Shown here: piece after piece, positions 9,212-17,621 of the stretch
Position numbering within the stretch: the stretch's first letter is position 1
Layout of the letters: the number at the start of each line of letters is the position of its first letter
Source of the DNA: a virus
DNA length: 64,000 bases
Virus record (IMG/VR): IMGVR_UViG_3300024264_000006
Coordinates: 32,001 to 96,000 of that record
Reading direction: 5' to 3' (one strand)
Position numbers and translations under genes: made by a program
Notes under the pieces: model-generated
What the model was told of the DNA's origin: nothing
The model's database searches: none
Seen by the model: only the letters and a program-made list of their open reading frames with translations

Positions 9212-9724
9212 GCGAAACCATGACGGCGCTTGTCTTTTTGTCCAGACCATATTGAACCTATCCTGTTTGGTCTGATAAAAATTCCGATATGATTGTACAG
9301 GATCACCTTCAACAATACATTCGGGGTGTTCTTTAAATGCAAGTCGGAATGGTGTCACAGTACCTCTAGGAATGTTGATAGGCGGGACACACAGACGTGC
9401 ACGAAACTTTTTCTCGGAAAGATGTACCTTACCATAGCGGTAGGTATACTCCTCGCACAGCGCAACCCAGTGTGCGTAGTGCCAGTTATAGTTCCCCATA
9501 GTCTCCATAGTCCATAGGGTAGATGGATGTTTAGGATGAGCTATCTTGTAAAGGTCTTCGTTACCTTCATCACCATCCAAAATTCTATGAACGCTGCACA
9601 ACATCTGAGCGCTTTCGAGCGGCATCTTGACGATATGTTTATCGCATTGTGCTACCGCAGATTCCACAGCTTCCGGAAAAGGATTCTTCCTTTCCGGATC
9701 GTATTCAATTCCAAAGATATTCAT
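9191..9724 (-). CDS. pyrimidine-dimer DNA glycosylase-like protein
   Basis: MNIF...CDKHIVKMPLESAQML...AHPKHPSTLW...NY.W...EYTYRYGK.H. Confidence 0.7.
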   Translation of the reverse strand: MNIFGIEYDPERKNPFPEAVESAVAQCDKHIVKMPLESAQMLCSVHRILDGDEGNEDLYKIAHPKHPSTLWTMETMGNYNWHYAHWVALCEEYTYRYGKVHLSEKKFRARLCVPPINIPRGTVTPFRLAFKEHPECIVEGDPVQSYRNFYQTKQDRFNMVWTKRQAPSWFRLTTQGA

Positions 9725-9879
9725 TCACAATCCTCACTCTGCTTTTCAAACAAAGCAAGTATTGCTTCTGTCTGTTCGTTGATTCGATCAGCCTGTTCGC
9801 AAATTCGTTTTGCTTGATCTAATATCTCATCAACTTTTTCTTCAACTTCCTTTACCGGAAACGGTATCACTTTACCCAT
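9721..9879 (-). CDS. hypothetical protein (MGKVIPFP...)
   Basis: ATG 9879 with GGAGG RBS. Confidence 0.55.
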   Translation of the reverse strand: MGKVIPFPVKEVEEKVDEILDQAKRICEQADRINEQTEAILALFEKQSEDCE

Positions 9880-10012
9880 TGGGTTCCTCCCCTTTATGTT
9901 TTTTATAGCCTTCCTTCTCACGTTTCTTACGATCAACATGAGTAACAGGCCGATTGAACTTCTCCATGTTTTTAGCCACGGGGTTCGGTGTTTTGTTTTT
10001 GACTTTCTTCAT
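9872..10012 (-). CDS. small basic protein MKKVKNKTPNPVAKNMEKFNRPVTHVDRKKREKEGYKKHKGEEPNG
   Basis: 46-aa ORF read directly; NPVAK...DRKK...GY.KHK motif recurs in T4-like phages. Confidence 0.6.
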   Translation of the reverse strand: MKKVKNKTPNPVAKNMEKFNRPVTHVDRKKREKEGYKKHKGEEPNG

Positions 10013-10157
10013 AATGTCTTTTCAACCATTCACCATTGCGTTTAAGGAACTCATCGAAAGACAGTCTACCGTCTCCCCATGTGTCCCGCTCTTCACAATT
10101 CTCAATATACATCTCTCTCAGATAAGAGTCGTATTCCATTCCTGTTAACCTCTTCAT
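9972..10157 (-). CDS. hypothetical protein
   Basis: ORF track; coupled to the upstream stop codon. Confidence 0.5.
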   Translation of the reverse strand: MKRLTGMEYDSYLREMYIENCEERDTWGDGRLSFDEFLKRNGEWLKRHYEESQKQNTEPRG

Positions 10158-10600
10158 TAGTTGTTGAAAGAAGCAAAGTGTGGGAAGTGTTCCATGAACA
10201 ACTCACCCTCCAACTTGTACGCTTCCTTTTCCCAAGGTTGGTTCTCATACTCGTAACCGTCCGCTTTGCGACCTTTCCAAGCCCAACCACCTTCGTTATA
10301 AAGTTCGCCACGTAAGAACTGCTTTGCGTGAACCATCTCATGAGCAAGAGTCTGCATCATCTCAATAAACCCGATCTTGCGGCCGCTGATAGAACATTGA
10401 CGAGCAATATGGATTTCCGCATACTCACCCTGAACACCGTCACAAAGACCCATCGCACCACCTTCGCAGTTTGTTTTGAACTTGACGATGATCACTGGTT
10501 TACGTAAACGGCTCAAACCTAAACCCATGATTAACTTATTGATAAAGTAACCAACAATAACCTTGTTTTTGACACGGCCTTCGATCACCACTTCCATCAT
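10157..10600 (-). CDS. putative HExxH metallopeptidase
   Basis: LAHEMVHAKQ and Y..QPWE.EAY; start reassigned to 10600 because the longer ORF overlaps a promoter. Confidence 0.7.
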   Translation of the reverse strand: MMEVVIEGRVKNKVIVGYFINKLIMGLGLSRLRKPVIIVKFKTNCEGGAMGLCDGVQGEYAEIHIARQCSISGRKIGFIEMMQTLAHEMVHAKQFLRGELYNEGGWAWKGRKADGYEYENQPWEKEAYKLEGELFMEHFPHFASFNN

Positions 10601-10630
10601 AATGTAATCCTCAATCAATTCAACAGGTAT

Positions 10631-10659
10631 ATTATCCCCTATTTGGGGCTCAATGGCAA
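10631..10659 (-). promoter_or_regulatory. sigma70-like early promoter
   Basis: TTGCCA-N17-GATAAT with A-rich upstream sequence. Confidence 0.6.
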
Positions 10660-11019
10660 CACTTTTATCATTGTTTTTTTCGATTATTACCCAATCTTTC
10701 ATAGGTTTTATCGATTGCGACCCTTTAGAAGGGCGTGGATTAGTTTAGCTTCTTTGCCTTTGATTCGACGATCCTTTTTGATCTCTTTCTCAACAGCTTC
10801 TTTATTGTACTTAGCCATTAGACCTCCCGTACCGTACAGTACGCTTCAGTGAGACGAACAACCTCAAGGGTTGCAACACCAGTAGGATTAGATGAAGCGG
10901 GGACATCCCGCACGATAACGGTGCTTCCCACCGTCATACCCGCACAAGCGGGGAAGTTTTGACTAACGCAGTCATAGGATAGTGTCATAAATTCACCTCT
11001 CTCATCAATTTATATACCC

Positions 11020-11074
11020 ATTATACGGTATTCTTGTTCTAAAGGCAAGCGTTTTCTTTAGAACATTTTGTTAT
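11020..11074 (-). promoter_or_regulatory. early promoter with upstream palindromic motif
   Basis: AAAACGC-TTGCCT-N17-TATAAT; ATAACAAAATGTTCTAA upstream; ATGAGAGAGGT leader downstream. Confidence 0.7.
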
Positions 11075-11355
11075 TTACCAATGTGTTTTATATCACTTTT
11101 TGGAATAACCTGATACGCACCCTTATTGTAGGCTGGCGCAACAGTAAAGTTCTTAGACTCCCGATTCTTGTATGAGGTATCCTGCTCTGGTGAGTAGGGT
11201 GTGATCTCGTGAGACGGGTAATTTGGGGTCTCTCTCCGGAAACTGGGTTCTACCTTCAATTCTTTGAACTCCGGTGTACTCCGCTTCTTCTTAGACCAAG
11301 CGTTGTACTTCTTCTTCCTACCGTTGGGGTAGTGTCTCATAGAACCATGAAGCAT
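11071..11355 (-). CDS. conserved T4-like hypothetical protein
   Basis: C-terminal APAYNKGAYQVI motif. Confidence 0.65.
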   Translation of the reverse strand: MLHGSMRHYPNGRKKKYNAWSKKKRSTPEFKELKVEPSFRRETPNYPSHEITPYSPEQDTSYKNRESKNFTVAPAYNKGAYQVIPKSDIKHIGK

Positions 11356-11606
11356 TAATATAACTCCCAACTCGCCTTTCTTCTACCCTCGTTCTGGGCT
11401 TTGAATTTCGCAAGTTTCTTATTTCTTTTGATTTTACTGTTAAGTTGATTCTTAACTTCGTTAGGTTTAACGTAGTATTGTCTCTTCTTAACTTCCTGTA
11501 CGACACCTGCTTTGTTGCAGGCTCTCTTGAATCTATTCAACATCTTGTTGAAGTCTTCGGTGTACTGGCCTTTATATCCAGTTTTTCTAGGCGTTACTTG
11601 TGGCAT
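11355..11606 (-). CDS. rpsU: ribosomal protein bS21
   Basis: MPQV...EDFNKMLNRFKRACNKAGVVQEVKKRQYYVKP...RR...LY; AGGAGA RBS before ATG 11606. Confidence 0.9.
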   Translation of the reverse strand: MPQVTPRKTGYKGQYTEDFNKMLNRFKRACNKAGVVQEVKKRQYYVKPNEVKNQLNSKIKRNKKLAKFKAQNEGRRKASWELY

Positions 11607-11973
11607 ATTTCTCCTGTGTTGTGAATGAGGCGAACTCATTCGGGTTAATTTTGTCGAATCCACAACCTGCTACGGCATAGAATTCTCCATCTTCGGTCTC
11701 AACAACGTCACCAACCGACATAGAGTACGGTCTCTCGTTGTTTACGAACTTGACTAGGGAGTAGTCCTCCCAGAGGTTCATCAATCTGAAAGACTCCTCC
11801 AGATCGTTTGTGTAGACATTCGCTACATACTTATAGTACTCAGCAGTACCGGATTGATACCCTTTAAAACCTTTATCGGCGTAAGCTGTGGTCTTGGGTG
11901 ATGCAGTCCATCCTTTAGAATTCACGAGGTCACCCTCTTCCGTGGACAGTTCAAATTGATATACTTTTAACAT
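11587..11973 (-). CDS. hypothetical protein (YodL-like SMSVGDVV motif)
   Basis: SMSVGDVV; GAGAGAGGT RBS. Confidence 0.55.
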   Translation of the reverse strand: MLKVYQFELSTEEGDLVNSKGWTASPKTTAYADKGFKGYQSGTAEYYKYVANVYTNDLEESFRLMNLWEDYSLVKFVNNERPYSMSVGDVVETEDGEFYAVAGCGFDKINPNEFASFTTQEKYATSNA

Positions 11974-12003
11974 ATTTACCTCTCTCATTTCAAATACAAG
12001 TAT

Positions 12004-12043
12004 AGGCTACCATAATCGGCACAGCTTGTCAAGCGTATAAATA
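12004..12043. promoter_or_regulatory. back-to-back early (- strand) and late (+ strand) promoters
   Basis: - strand acgcTTGACA-N17-TAGCCT; + strand TATAAATA at 12036-12043 (second copy at 12073-12080). Confidence 0.6.
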
Positions 12044-12079
12044 GAAAAAAGATAAATTAATTTATAAACGGATATAAAT

Positions 12080-12343
12080 ATGAGTGACGATCTATTTGAT
12101 TTTGGGTTCACCATTGTAGATGAGGAAGAACTTGAGGTCGTACAGAAGGCAAACGAAACTTTGTCTCTAAATACAACTGCGGTCATATCCACTAAAGAAA
12201 AGTTGGATAAGTTGTTTAATGCGGTTCAACCCCTATTGAACAACCTAAAACAGAACCCAGAGAAAGAATATATACTTTGGCCTAATCGATTAGAGAAGAT
12301 TGAACAGTTTGAAGACCATATTCAAAAAATATACAAGGGATAA
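12080..12343 (+). CDS. conserved T4-like hypothetical protein
   Basis: DDLFDFGFT...LLNNLK.NPEK.YI.WPNR. Confidence 0.7.
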   Translation: MSDDLFDFGFTIVDEEELEVVQKANETLSLNTTAVISTKEKLDKLFNAVQPLLNNLKQNPEKEYILWPNRLEKIEQFEDHIQKIYKG

Positions 12344-12345
12344 CC

Positions 12346-13245
12346 ATGAAATATAAGAACAAATCAGAATTTATTGTTCAGGGTGTTGCGGAAGACGGTG
12401 TTGTCAATTCCGTCATGATTCATCACGAGACTAAGAATGAGATAATCGCACCAGCTATAGGTGCTATCAAGTCACACAAACTAAACCATGAACCCGGCTT
12501 AATCATAGATTCAGATGTTATCAAAAACACTGTACTGACTCGTTCTCCTATTACATGTAACACAATTCAGGGTCTCCAGTCATCAGCGGATCATGATCGT
12601 CCTTTAGAAGTATTGTTTGTTGGTTACTACGATCAAGGCAGACAACTTAACTGGTTGATGGACAATCACAGTGAAACCAACTTGGTCTATAACAAAGATG
12701 GTATTCCTTACGATTCAAGAGAGATTTCTCAGATTGTTAAGTATGAGATTGCCTCACAATTTCACCCAGTCATTGCTGACCAATATCCCTATAACATGAA
12801 TGTCACTGTCGTGGAACCACCTGAGTCTAGACACCAAGGTGCAATACATGATGTCTATGATCGATTCAACATAACAAAACTCACATGCAACAAACAGTTC
12901 AAGTTTGGATCAACATCTTGGAAACTAACAGAGACTCCTGCTCGACAATTTGATGTTGTAGTGTTCACGTATGTTCCTAAGAAGTATGATGATACTACGT
13001 TTGATACAAGTTATGTTGCAGAGCGTTTAGGTTCAGCCATTAGACCAGATACAATTTTACTTGATGTTGACATTCAAGGTGAAGACGATGAACTTAGATT
13101 CTCAAACAGAGAGAACAAACTCGATATTAGTCCTCAAATAGTTAAGGCATTCTCTACACGTGCAGAATGGGATGAGGACGTTATTACTGGAAGATCAACC
13201 CATTTCAAATGGGTTTCAAAAGGTATCAGTGCGTATCAGATTTAA
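12346..13245 (+). CDS. hypothetical protein
   Basis: 299-aa ORF, no motif recognised. Confidence 0.6.
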   Translation: MKYKNKSEFIVQGVAEDGVVNSVMIHHETKNEIIAPAIGAIKSHKLNHEPGLIIDSDVIKNTVLTRSPITCNTIQGLQSSADHDRPLEVLFVGYYDQGRQLNWLMDNHSETNLVYNKDGIPYDSREISQIVKYEIASQFHPVIADQYPYNMNVTVVEPPESRHQGAIHDVYDRFNITKLTCNKQFKFGSTSWKLTETPARQFDVVVFTYVPKKYDDTTFDTSYVAERLGSAIRPDTILLDVDIQGEDDELRFSNRENKLDISPQIVKAFSTRAEWDEDVITGRSTHFKWVSKGISAYQI

Positions 13246-14117
13246 TCCCAGTCTACGTTCTTCGGAACGTATGCTTTGATCTTCTGACGAATCGACTTAT
13301 CTAGTTTCTCTATACTAAGAGGATTCTTACCGGAACGTTTGACATAGAAGTAGTTTGCATCTTTAACATACGAACCACCCTTGCCTGACTTGACTAGTTT
13401 TGCATCAACACCAACCTTGTTGAATGCGAACACGATGTCTCCGTCCATGTATCTTTTCAACCTAGTGCCCATGTTGATGATGTCGCCCATAGTGTTTGCG
13501 GCACCACGGTGAGTGTTGATTAGAATCTCTGAAGGAACTGTACGTGCACGTTTGGCATTCTGTGCTTGTGCAACTTCGATGTCGTTCACTACCCATACGA
13601 TATGGATGTTCTTCTTGTCGTAACCTAACTTCGAAGCATCCTTTGCAATCTTCTCTAACTTGTCTAGTGACTTGAGTGTCATGTCAAAGATAATGTTGGG
13701 TTTACGATCTTCTGGAGCAGCAAGAACACCACGGTAAAACGCTCGTTCTTTACGTTGATCGATTTTTAGAAAATTGCCCATGATATCGTGAAGCTTCTCT
13801 ACATTCTTAGGGTCTTTAAGATTCTTGGAAAGGTCTTCGATGTCTACACCAAGTTCTGTGGCGACACGTCTCTTAATAGCAGGAGTCTTTGATGCTAATG
13901 TTTTTAGTTCATCAACATCAAAAACTTTGCCTTCCAGACCGACTAGATTACTTAAAACAAATCCTTTACCAGAGCCAGCACCACCCGCCATAAGAACAAT
14001 GTGTCCGTAGTTGGGATAGGCTTGACCGCCAAAGGTAATGAGTTTTTCTAGAAGAGTTTCTGCCTCTTGCGAAGCATACAAAATCTCTTCATGCAAAAAA
14101 GAGTTAAAGGATTGCAT
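13242..14117 (-). CDS. P-loop NTPase/kinase (zeta-toxin/AAA_33-like) with a capsid-targeting-like N-terminus
   Basis: GGAGSGKG Walker A, IIFD, NAKRAR; N-terminus MQSFNSFLHE; late promoter upstream. Confidence 0.7.
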   Translation of the reverse strand: MQSFNSFLHEEILYASQEAETLLEKLITFGGQAYPNYGHIVLMAGGAGSGKGFVLSNLVGLEGKVFDVDELKTLASKTPAIKRRVATELGVDIEDLSKNLKDPKNVEKLHDIMGNFLKIDQRKERAFYRGVLAAPEDRKPNIIFDMTLKSLDKLEKIAKDASKLGYDKKNIHIVWVVNDIEVAQAQNAKRARTVPSEILINTHRGAANTMGDIINMGTRLKRYMDGDIVFAFNKVGVDAKLVKSGKGGSYVKDANYFYVKRSGKNPLSIEKLDKSIRQKIKAYVPKNVDWD

Positions 14118-14145
14118 TGTTGTCCCAGTCTGAGTTATATAAAGT

Positions 14146-14153
14146 TATTTATA
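14146..14153 (-). promoter_or_regulatory. T4-type late promoter
   Basis: Exact TATAAATA. Confidence 0.75.
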
Positions 14154-14283
14154 TAAAAAGGGCCACCAACCAAGCCAAACCAAATAAAATAACTACGTTT
14201 GGATATACAGTCCATACGGTCTTAATATCATCCCATGTACCCTTAGCGAGTCTGGTTGATTCTCGTTTAAATGAGTTCCACAT
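14149..14283 (-). CDS. small membrane protein (44 aa)
   Basis: MWNSFKRESTRLAKGTWDDIKTVWTVYPNVVILFGLAWLVALFI, read directly. Confidence 0.5.
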   Translation of the reverse strand: MWNSFKRESTRLAKGTWDDIKTVWTVYPNVVILFGLAWLVALFI

Positions 14284-14912
14284 TACTTTTCTCCTGTTAT
14301 GATAGAAACATTATCGGGTATATTTATCTTAATTTTATTATGAGAATGGTACAAATAAAAGTTTACACCCTTAAATTCTGTGAACATGTGAGTCCAGATA
14401 GGACGCCAATTGTTTGCGAGTCTGTAGGTATTTTGTGTACCCCTATCACTCTCTAAGATCAAATCAGTAGAACTCAGAAGAGACATGTCAAATATAGAAT
14501 CGAATCCATAGATGTGTACCTCGTCAGCCCTCATGGTTCGACAGGCATAGTCAACTGCCATATGACCACAGGAATAATTTGTTGCTGCCTGTCCTTCGGT
14601 TTGGCCAGGCAACTGTGCGTAAGAAGGAATGTGTTGATGGAATCCTTTAATGTTCTGGGAATACTTCAAGTAGAAGTTTGGTTGCATTTCCATCCATCGT
14701 CTTGGTCTTGTACCAAGAACCCAATCATACATGTCAAGTTTTACCAACCCATCGGCAAGTGCCTTCATCATTTTGAAGTCAACCATACAGGTAGCATGTA
14801 CTTCTTTTTTAGGAATTTCGAATGGAGGCATGTTGCATATTAACAACTTGCCTGGCTGACCACGCTCAAACATATAGGCGTGATCGCCATTTCCCAGAAC
14901 ATTTACTCTCAT
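14283..14912 (-). CDS. GT29/Maf-like transferase-fold protein
   Basis: VNVLGNG...SCGHMAV...VHIYGFD pattern. Confidence 0.45.
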   Translation of the reverse strand: MRVNVLGNGDHAYMFERGQPGKLLICNMPPFEIPKKEVHATCMVDFKMMKALADGLVKLDMYDWVLGTRPRRWMEMQPNFYLKYSQNIKGFHQHIPSYAQLPGQTEGQAATNYSCGHMAVDYACRTMRADEVHIYGFDSIFDMSLLSSTDLILESDRGTQNTYRLANNWRPIWTHMFTEFKGVNFYLYHSHNKIKINIPDNVSIITGEK

Positions 14913-15337
14913 AGCGTAACGATACCCTTCTCAATTAAGTATTCACGATTCTTTAGATGTTCATCTTCAACATCATCTTTTGACTGACCATGATACCTTA
15001 CTGCGAGTCTCTTGTCAATCATTATTTGATTTATATTTTTCCCATCTACAATGAATTCACCAAGTATCCGACCAAACTTACCAGCCTTGTCTTTACTTGT
15101 TCTCAAAACAGATGTCTTACCTAGAGACTCTTTAAGAAACTTTCCAGCAAGTTTACCAAAAACCTTCTCCACTTTATCACGAGTACGTGATTCTGGTGTA
15201 TCGATTCCAAGAAGGCGAATGCGTTCCTTGTGAATCCAAATACCGAATCCTAAATCGATATCTACGTCAACCGTGTCTCCGTCTACAACACGTACAATTT
15301 TTACTGGATACTCAAACACTCCAAGTACCCCCCTCAC
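14909..15337 (-). CDS. thermonuclease (SNase-like)
   Basis: VVDGDT, RIRLLGIDTPE, KFGRILG. Confidence 0.9.
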   Translation of the reverse strand: MRGVLGVFEYPVKIVRVVDGDTVDVDIDLGFGIWIHKERIRLLGIDTPESRTRDKVEKVFGKLAGKFLKESLGKTSVLRTSKDKAGKFGRILGEFIVDGKNINQIMIDKRLAVRYHGQSKDDVEDEHLKNREYLIEKGIVTL

Positions 15338-15545
15338 CGTCTGTCAGAAAATGTTTTTTGATTGTTTCAATCTTTTCTTCTGCCTCGGCAATTTTAGTTA
15401 TTTGAGTTTCAATGGCCTCGACGATATCAGGATGTTCCCCAATACCAACAGAACTAGTTAAGTAAACTTCAGTGTTTGCTTTTGCTATTGCAATCTCACC
15501 TTCTAGTCTTTTTACTAGAGCTTCAATTAGACTTAGATTCTTCAT
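15312..15545 (-). CDS. hypothetical protein
   Basis: VGIGEHPDIVEAI motif common in phage small proteins. Confidence 0.6.
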   Translation of the reverse strand: MKNLSLIEALVKRLEGEIAIAKANTEVYLTSSVGIGEHPDIVEAIETQITKIAEAEEKIETIKKHFLTDGEGGTWSV

Positions 15546-15969
15546 CTTTTTTTCCTTCCTCCTTTTCATCTACCTGTTCTTCCTCTGAGTTAATAGTACG
15601 GTAGTAAACTACTACTTCCTTTAATTGATTAATGTATCTACGAATTTCTTGCATATTGTATGCCATGAGTTCATAGTCACCAACCGACATCGCTGTAAAG
15701 ACTAATTGTCCTTGATGTCTCTTCTTGATATCCTCAAGAAAAGTTTCGATGTTTTTATCAGATACAACATACCACTGTGGGTCTTTCAATGCGATTGCAC
15801 GTGGCATCTGTGGATGTGTGATCGGGATTTGTACCTCTACAGTACGAATTTCTACAGGTATTGGTTTAGGTGGTTCGTTCTTTCCCCAAGGGATAGACAG
15901 AGTAGAACATCCACTAATCATCAATGCTGTCGATAACAGCAGTATCGTTTTCAATCGTTCTGAATACAT
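15523..15969 (-). CDS. lipoprotein, o-spanin candidate
   Basis: Lipobox-like LMISGC followed by a Pro-rich segment; overlaps the upstream TM/coiled-coil gene. Confidence 0.55.
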   Translation of the reverse strand: MYSERLKTILLLSTALMISGCSTLSIPWGKNEPPKPIPVEIRTVEVQIPITHPQMPRAIALKDPQWYVVSDKNIETFLEDIKKRHQGQLVFTAMSVGDYELMAYNMQEIRRYINQLKEVVVYYRTINSEEEQVDEKEEGKKDEESKSN

Positions 15970-16318
15970 CTTTTGTCCCCTTGTTTATACGTGTTTCAAT
16001 TAATCCCGGCTTCGCAGCTGCCAATCTAGATAGATCGTGTCTTGCGAAGATTGCCAGATACCGTTGCGCTTCCGCTTCAATCTCTGCATTACGAGTACTC
16101 ATGGTATTGAGTGCTTCGGTGGTTTTCTTCAGATTAGTCTGAAGTGCTTCGATAGTACGGACTTGTTCCGCCTGTCGAGTTTCGAATGCGGATATGACTC
16201 CCGCCTGAGTTTGTAGTTGGGCCTGCATCTCTTGAATAGTGCCTTGAGTTGTTTTGAAATAAACATACCCACCAAGACCCATTGCAAGGATGATCCCAAA
16301 TAAGACTTTACTAAACAT
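15914..16318 (-). CDS. i-spanin candidate
   Basis: N-terminal TM helix plus a long coiled coil. Confidence 0.55.
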   Translation of the reverse strand: MFSKVLFGIILAMGLGGYVYFKTTQGTIQEMQAQLQTQAGVISAFETRQAEQVRTIEALQTNLKKTTEALNTMSTRNAEIEAEAQRYLAIFARHDLSRLAAAKPGLIETRINKGTKDVFRTIENDTAVIDSIDD

Positions 16319-16967
16319 CCATTTGCTCCTTTATAACTTCTTTTCCTTTATTACCAGTATGATGGACAATAAGAGGACTCTTAACCGCAATACCATCTAC
16401 ATAATCTAGTCGTAACGTATTGTATTTATGTGGTAACGGTTCGATGATTGACATCTTCATGATCTCATCACCACCCATCATTGCATAGAGAGTTTCTTGG
16501 TCACCTACCCATCCATCATTGATACACTGTTCTGCCCATGCACGTAGGATGTTTGGTTTACCCTCCCAAACAACGACACCTGAATTATACCACGCACCAT
16601 GCTCACCACGTCTCTTTGTCCACGGTCTGTCCTCTACCATACCAATCTTAAAGGGTACAGTAAGATCGAAGATAGGTGAGATATCTCCAAACACTTGACA
16701 GTCGGTATCTAACCAACAAACCTTTTTGGATTCTTCACATGCACGTAACATCGCAGAAGGTTTCTTGAACCAACCCTCAGCCTGTGTGAGAACATCTACA
16801 CATTCATGGATATTTTCTTCGACCCAGACACGCATGTCTTTGGACATACCAAAATCCATTACCAACAAAGGAGTGTCGTTATACTCCTTATAGTTTTCCC
16901 AGAACCAAGGTAATTGCCACTCTGTGTTGACATCACACCCCGTAATAAATAATTTATCTAATTTCAT
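16311..16967 (-). CDS. glycosyltransferase (GT-A, GT8-like)
   Basis: WLDTDC DxD motif, NSGVV, GDQE, HHTG. Confidence 0.75.
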   Translation of the reverse strand: MKLDKLFITGCDVNTEWQLPWFWENYKEYNDTPLLVMDFGMSKDMRVWVEENIHECVDVLTQAEGWFKKPSAMLRACEESKKVCWLDTDCQVFGDISPIFDLTVPFKIGMVEDRPWTKRRGEHGAWYNSGVVVWEGKPNILRAWAEQCINDGWVGDQETLYAMMGGDEIMKMSIIEPLPHKYNTLRLDYVDGIAVKSPLIVHHTGNKGKEVIKEQMDV

Positions 16968-17617
16968 TTTATATTCTCAATTTTATAATCTTCGTTATAG
17001 TTATGCTTTGCTAAACACCCTCGTTCTACTTGAATTGTCGTAAAGGAATCATCAGCCTTAGCAATAAAGGGGTAGTGTTCTTGCAACCAAGGGAAAGTGT
17101 CAAGATGTAAAAATACATCTGTAGGTTTTGCACGATTGTCTCTTGCAATATTAATCAACGCACTAGCACCTTTAGGTTCTACCTGATAGGCATGTGCGCC
17201 GGGAAAATATTGTTTGGTGGTCAGCGGGCCCACTCCAAGGTGATTAGGTATGTTCCATTTACCGTAAGAAGGTTTTCCTATGTTCATCACACCAGTAAAT
17301 GGTTTGTTTGGAATTGCATCCTCCAGAAAGGCATCATGTTCAAATATGGTATAAACTTCTTTTGACATCAAGCATCGTTTCCACAATGTATAGTGAGATA
17401 GGAAGGCAGATAGACAGTTTTCAAAACGAGAGTAAACCTCTTCGAAACCTTTTATGTTAATTCCTTCTCTCTCCGCAATCTTCACAGGATCATCTTTTGG
17501 TGTGATTGCCTTGAACATGTTGATTTCTGATCCATACTTTTCACCAGACCGCATACAACGTTCTGCAGCCGTAACTGATTTTGGATTATCAACTATACCA
17601 ATTACAAAGTTTTTCAT
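16964..17617 (-). CDS. glycosyltransferase family 25-like
   Basis: SHYTLW.RC...IFEHDA, GAHAY. Confidence 0.75.
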   Translation of the reverse strand: MKNFVIGIVDNPKSVTAAERCMRSGEKYGSEINMFKAITPKDDPVKIAEREGINIKGFEEVYSRFENCLSAFLSHYTLWKRCLMSKEVYTIFEHDAFLEDAIPNKPFTGVMNIGKPSYGKWNIPNHLGVGPLTTKQYFPGAHAYQVEPKGASALINIARDNRAKPTDVFLHLDTFPWLQEHYPFIAKADDSFTTIQVERGCLAKHNYNEDYKIENIK

Positions 17618-17621
17618 TATG

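Noticed and set aside
10601-10702. N-terminal extension of the HExxH protein in the ORF track
   Set aside because: This stretch contains a sigma70-like promoter and a GAGGA RBS; the real start is probably 10600.
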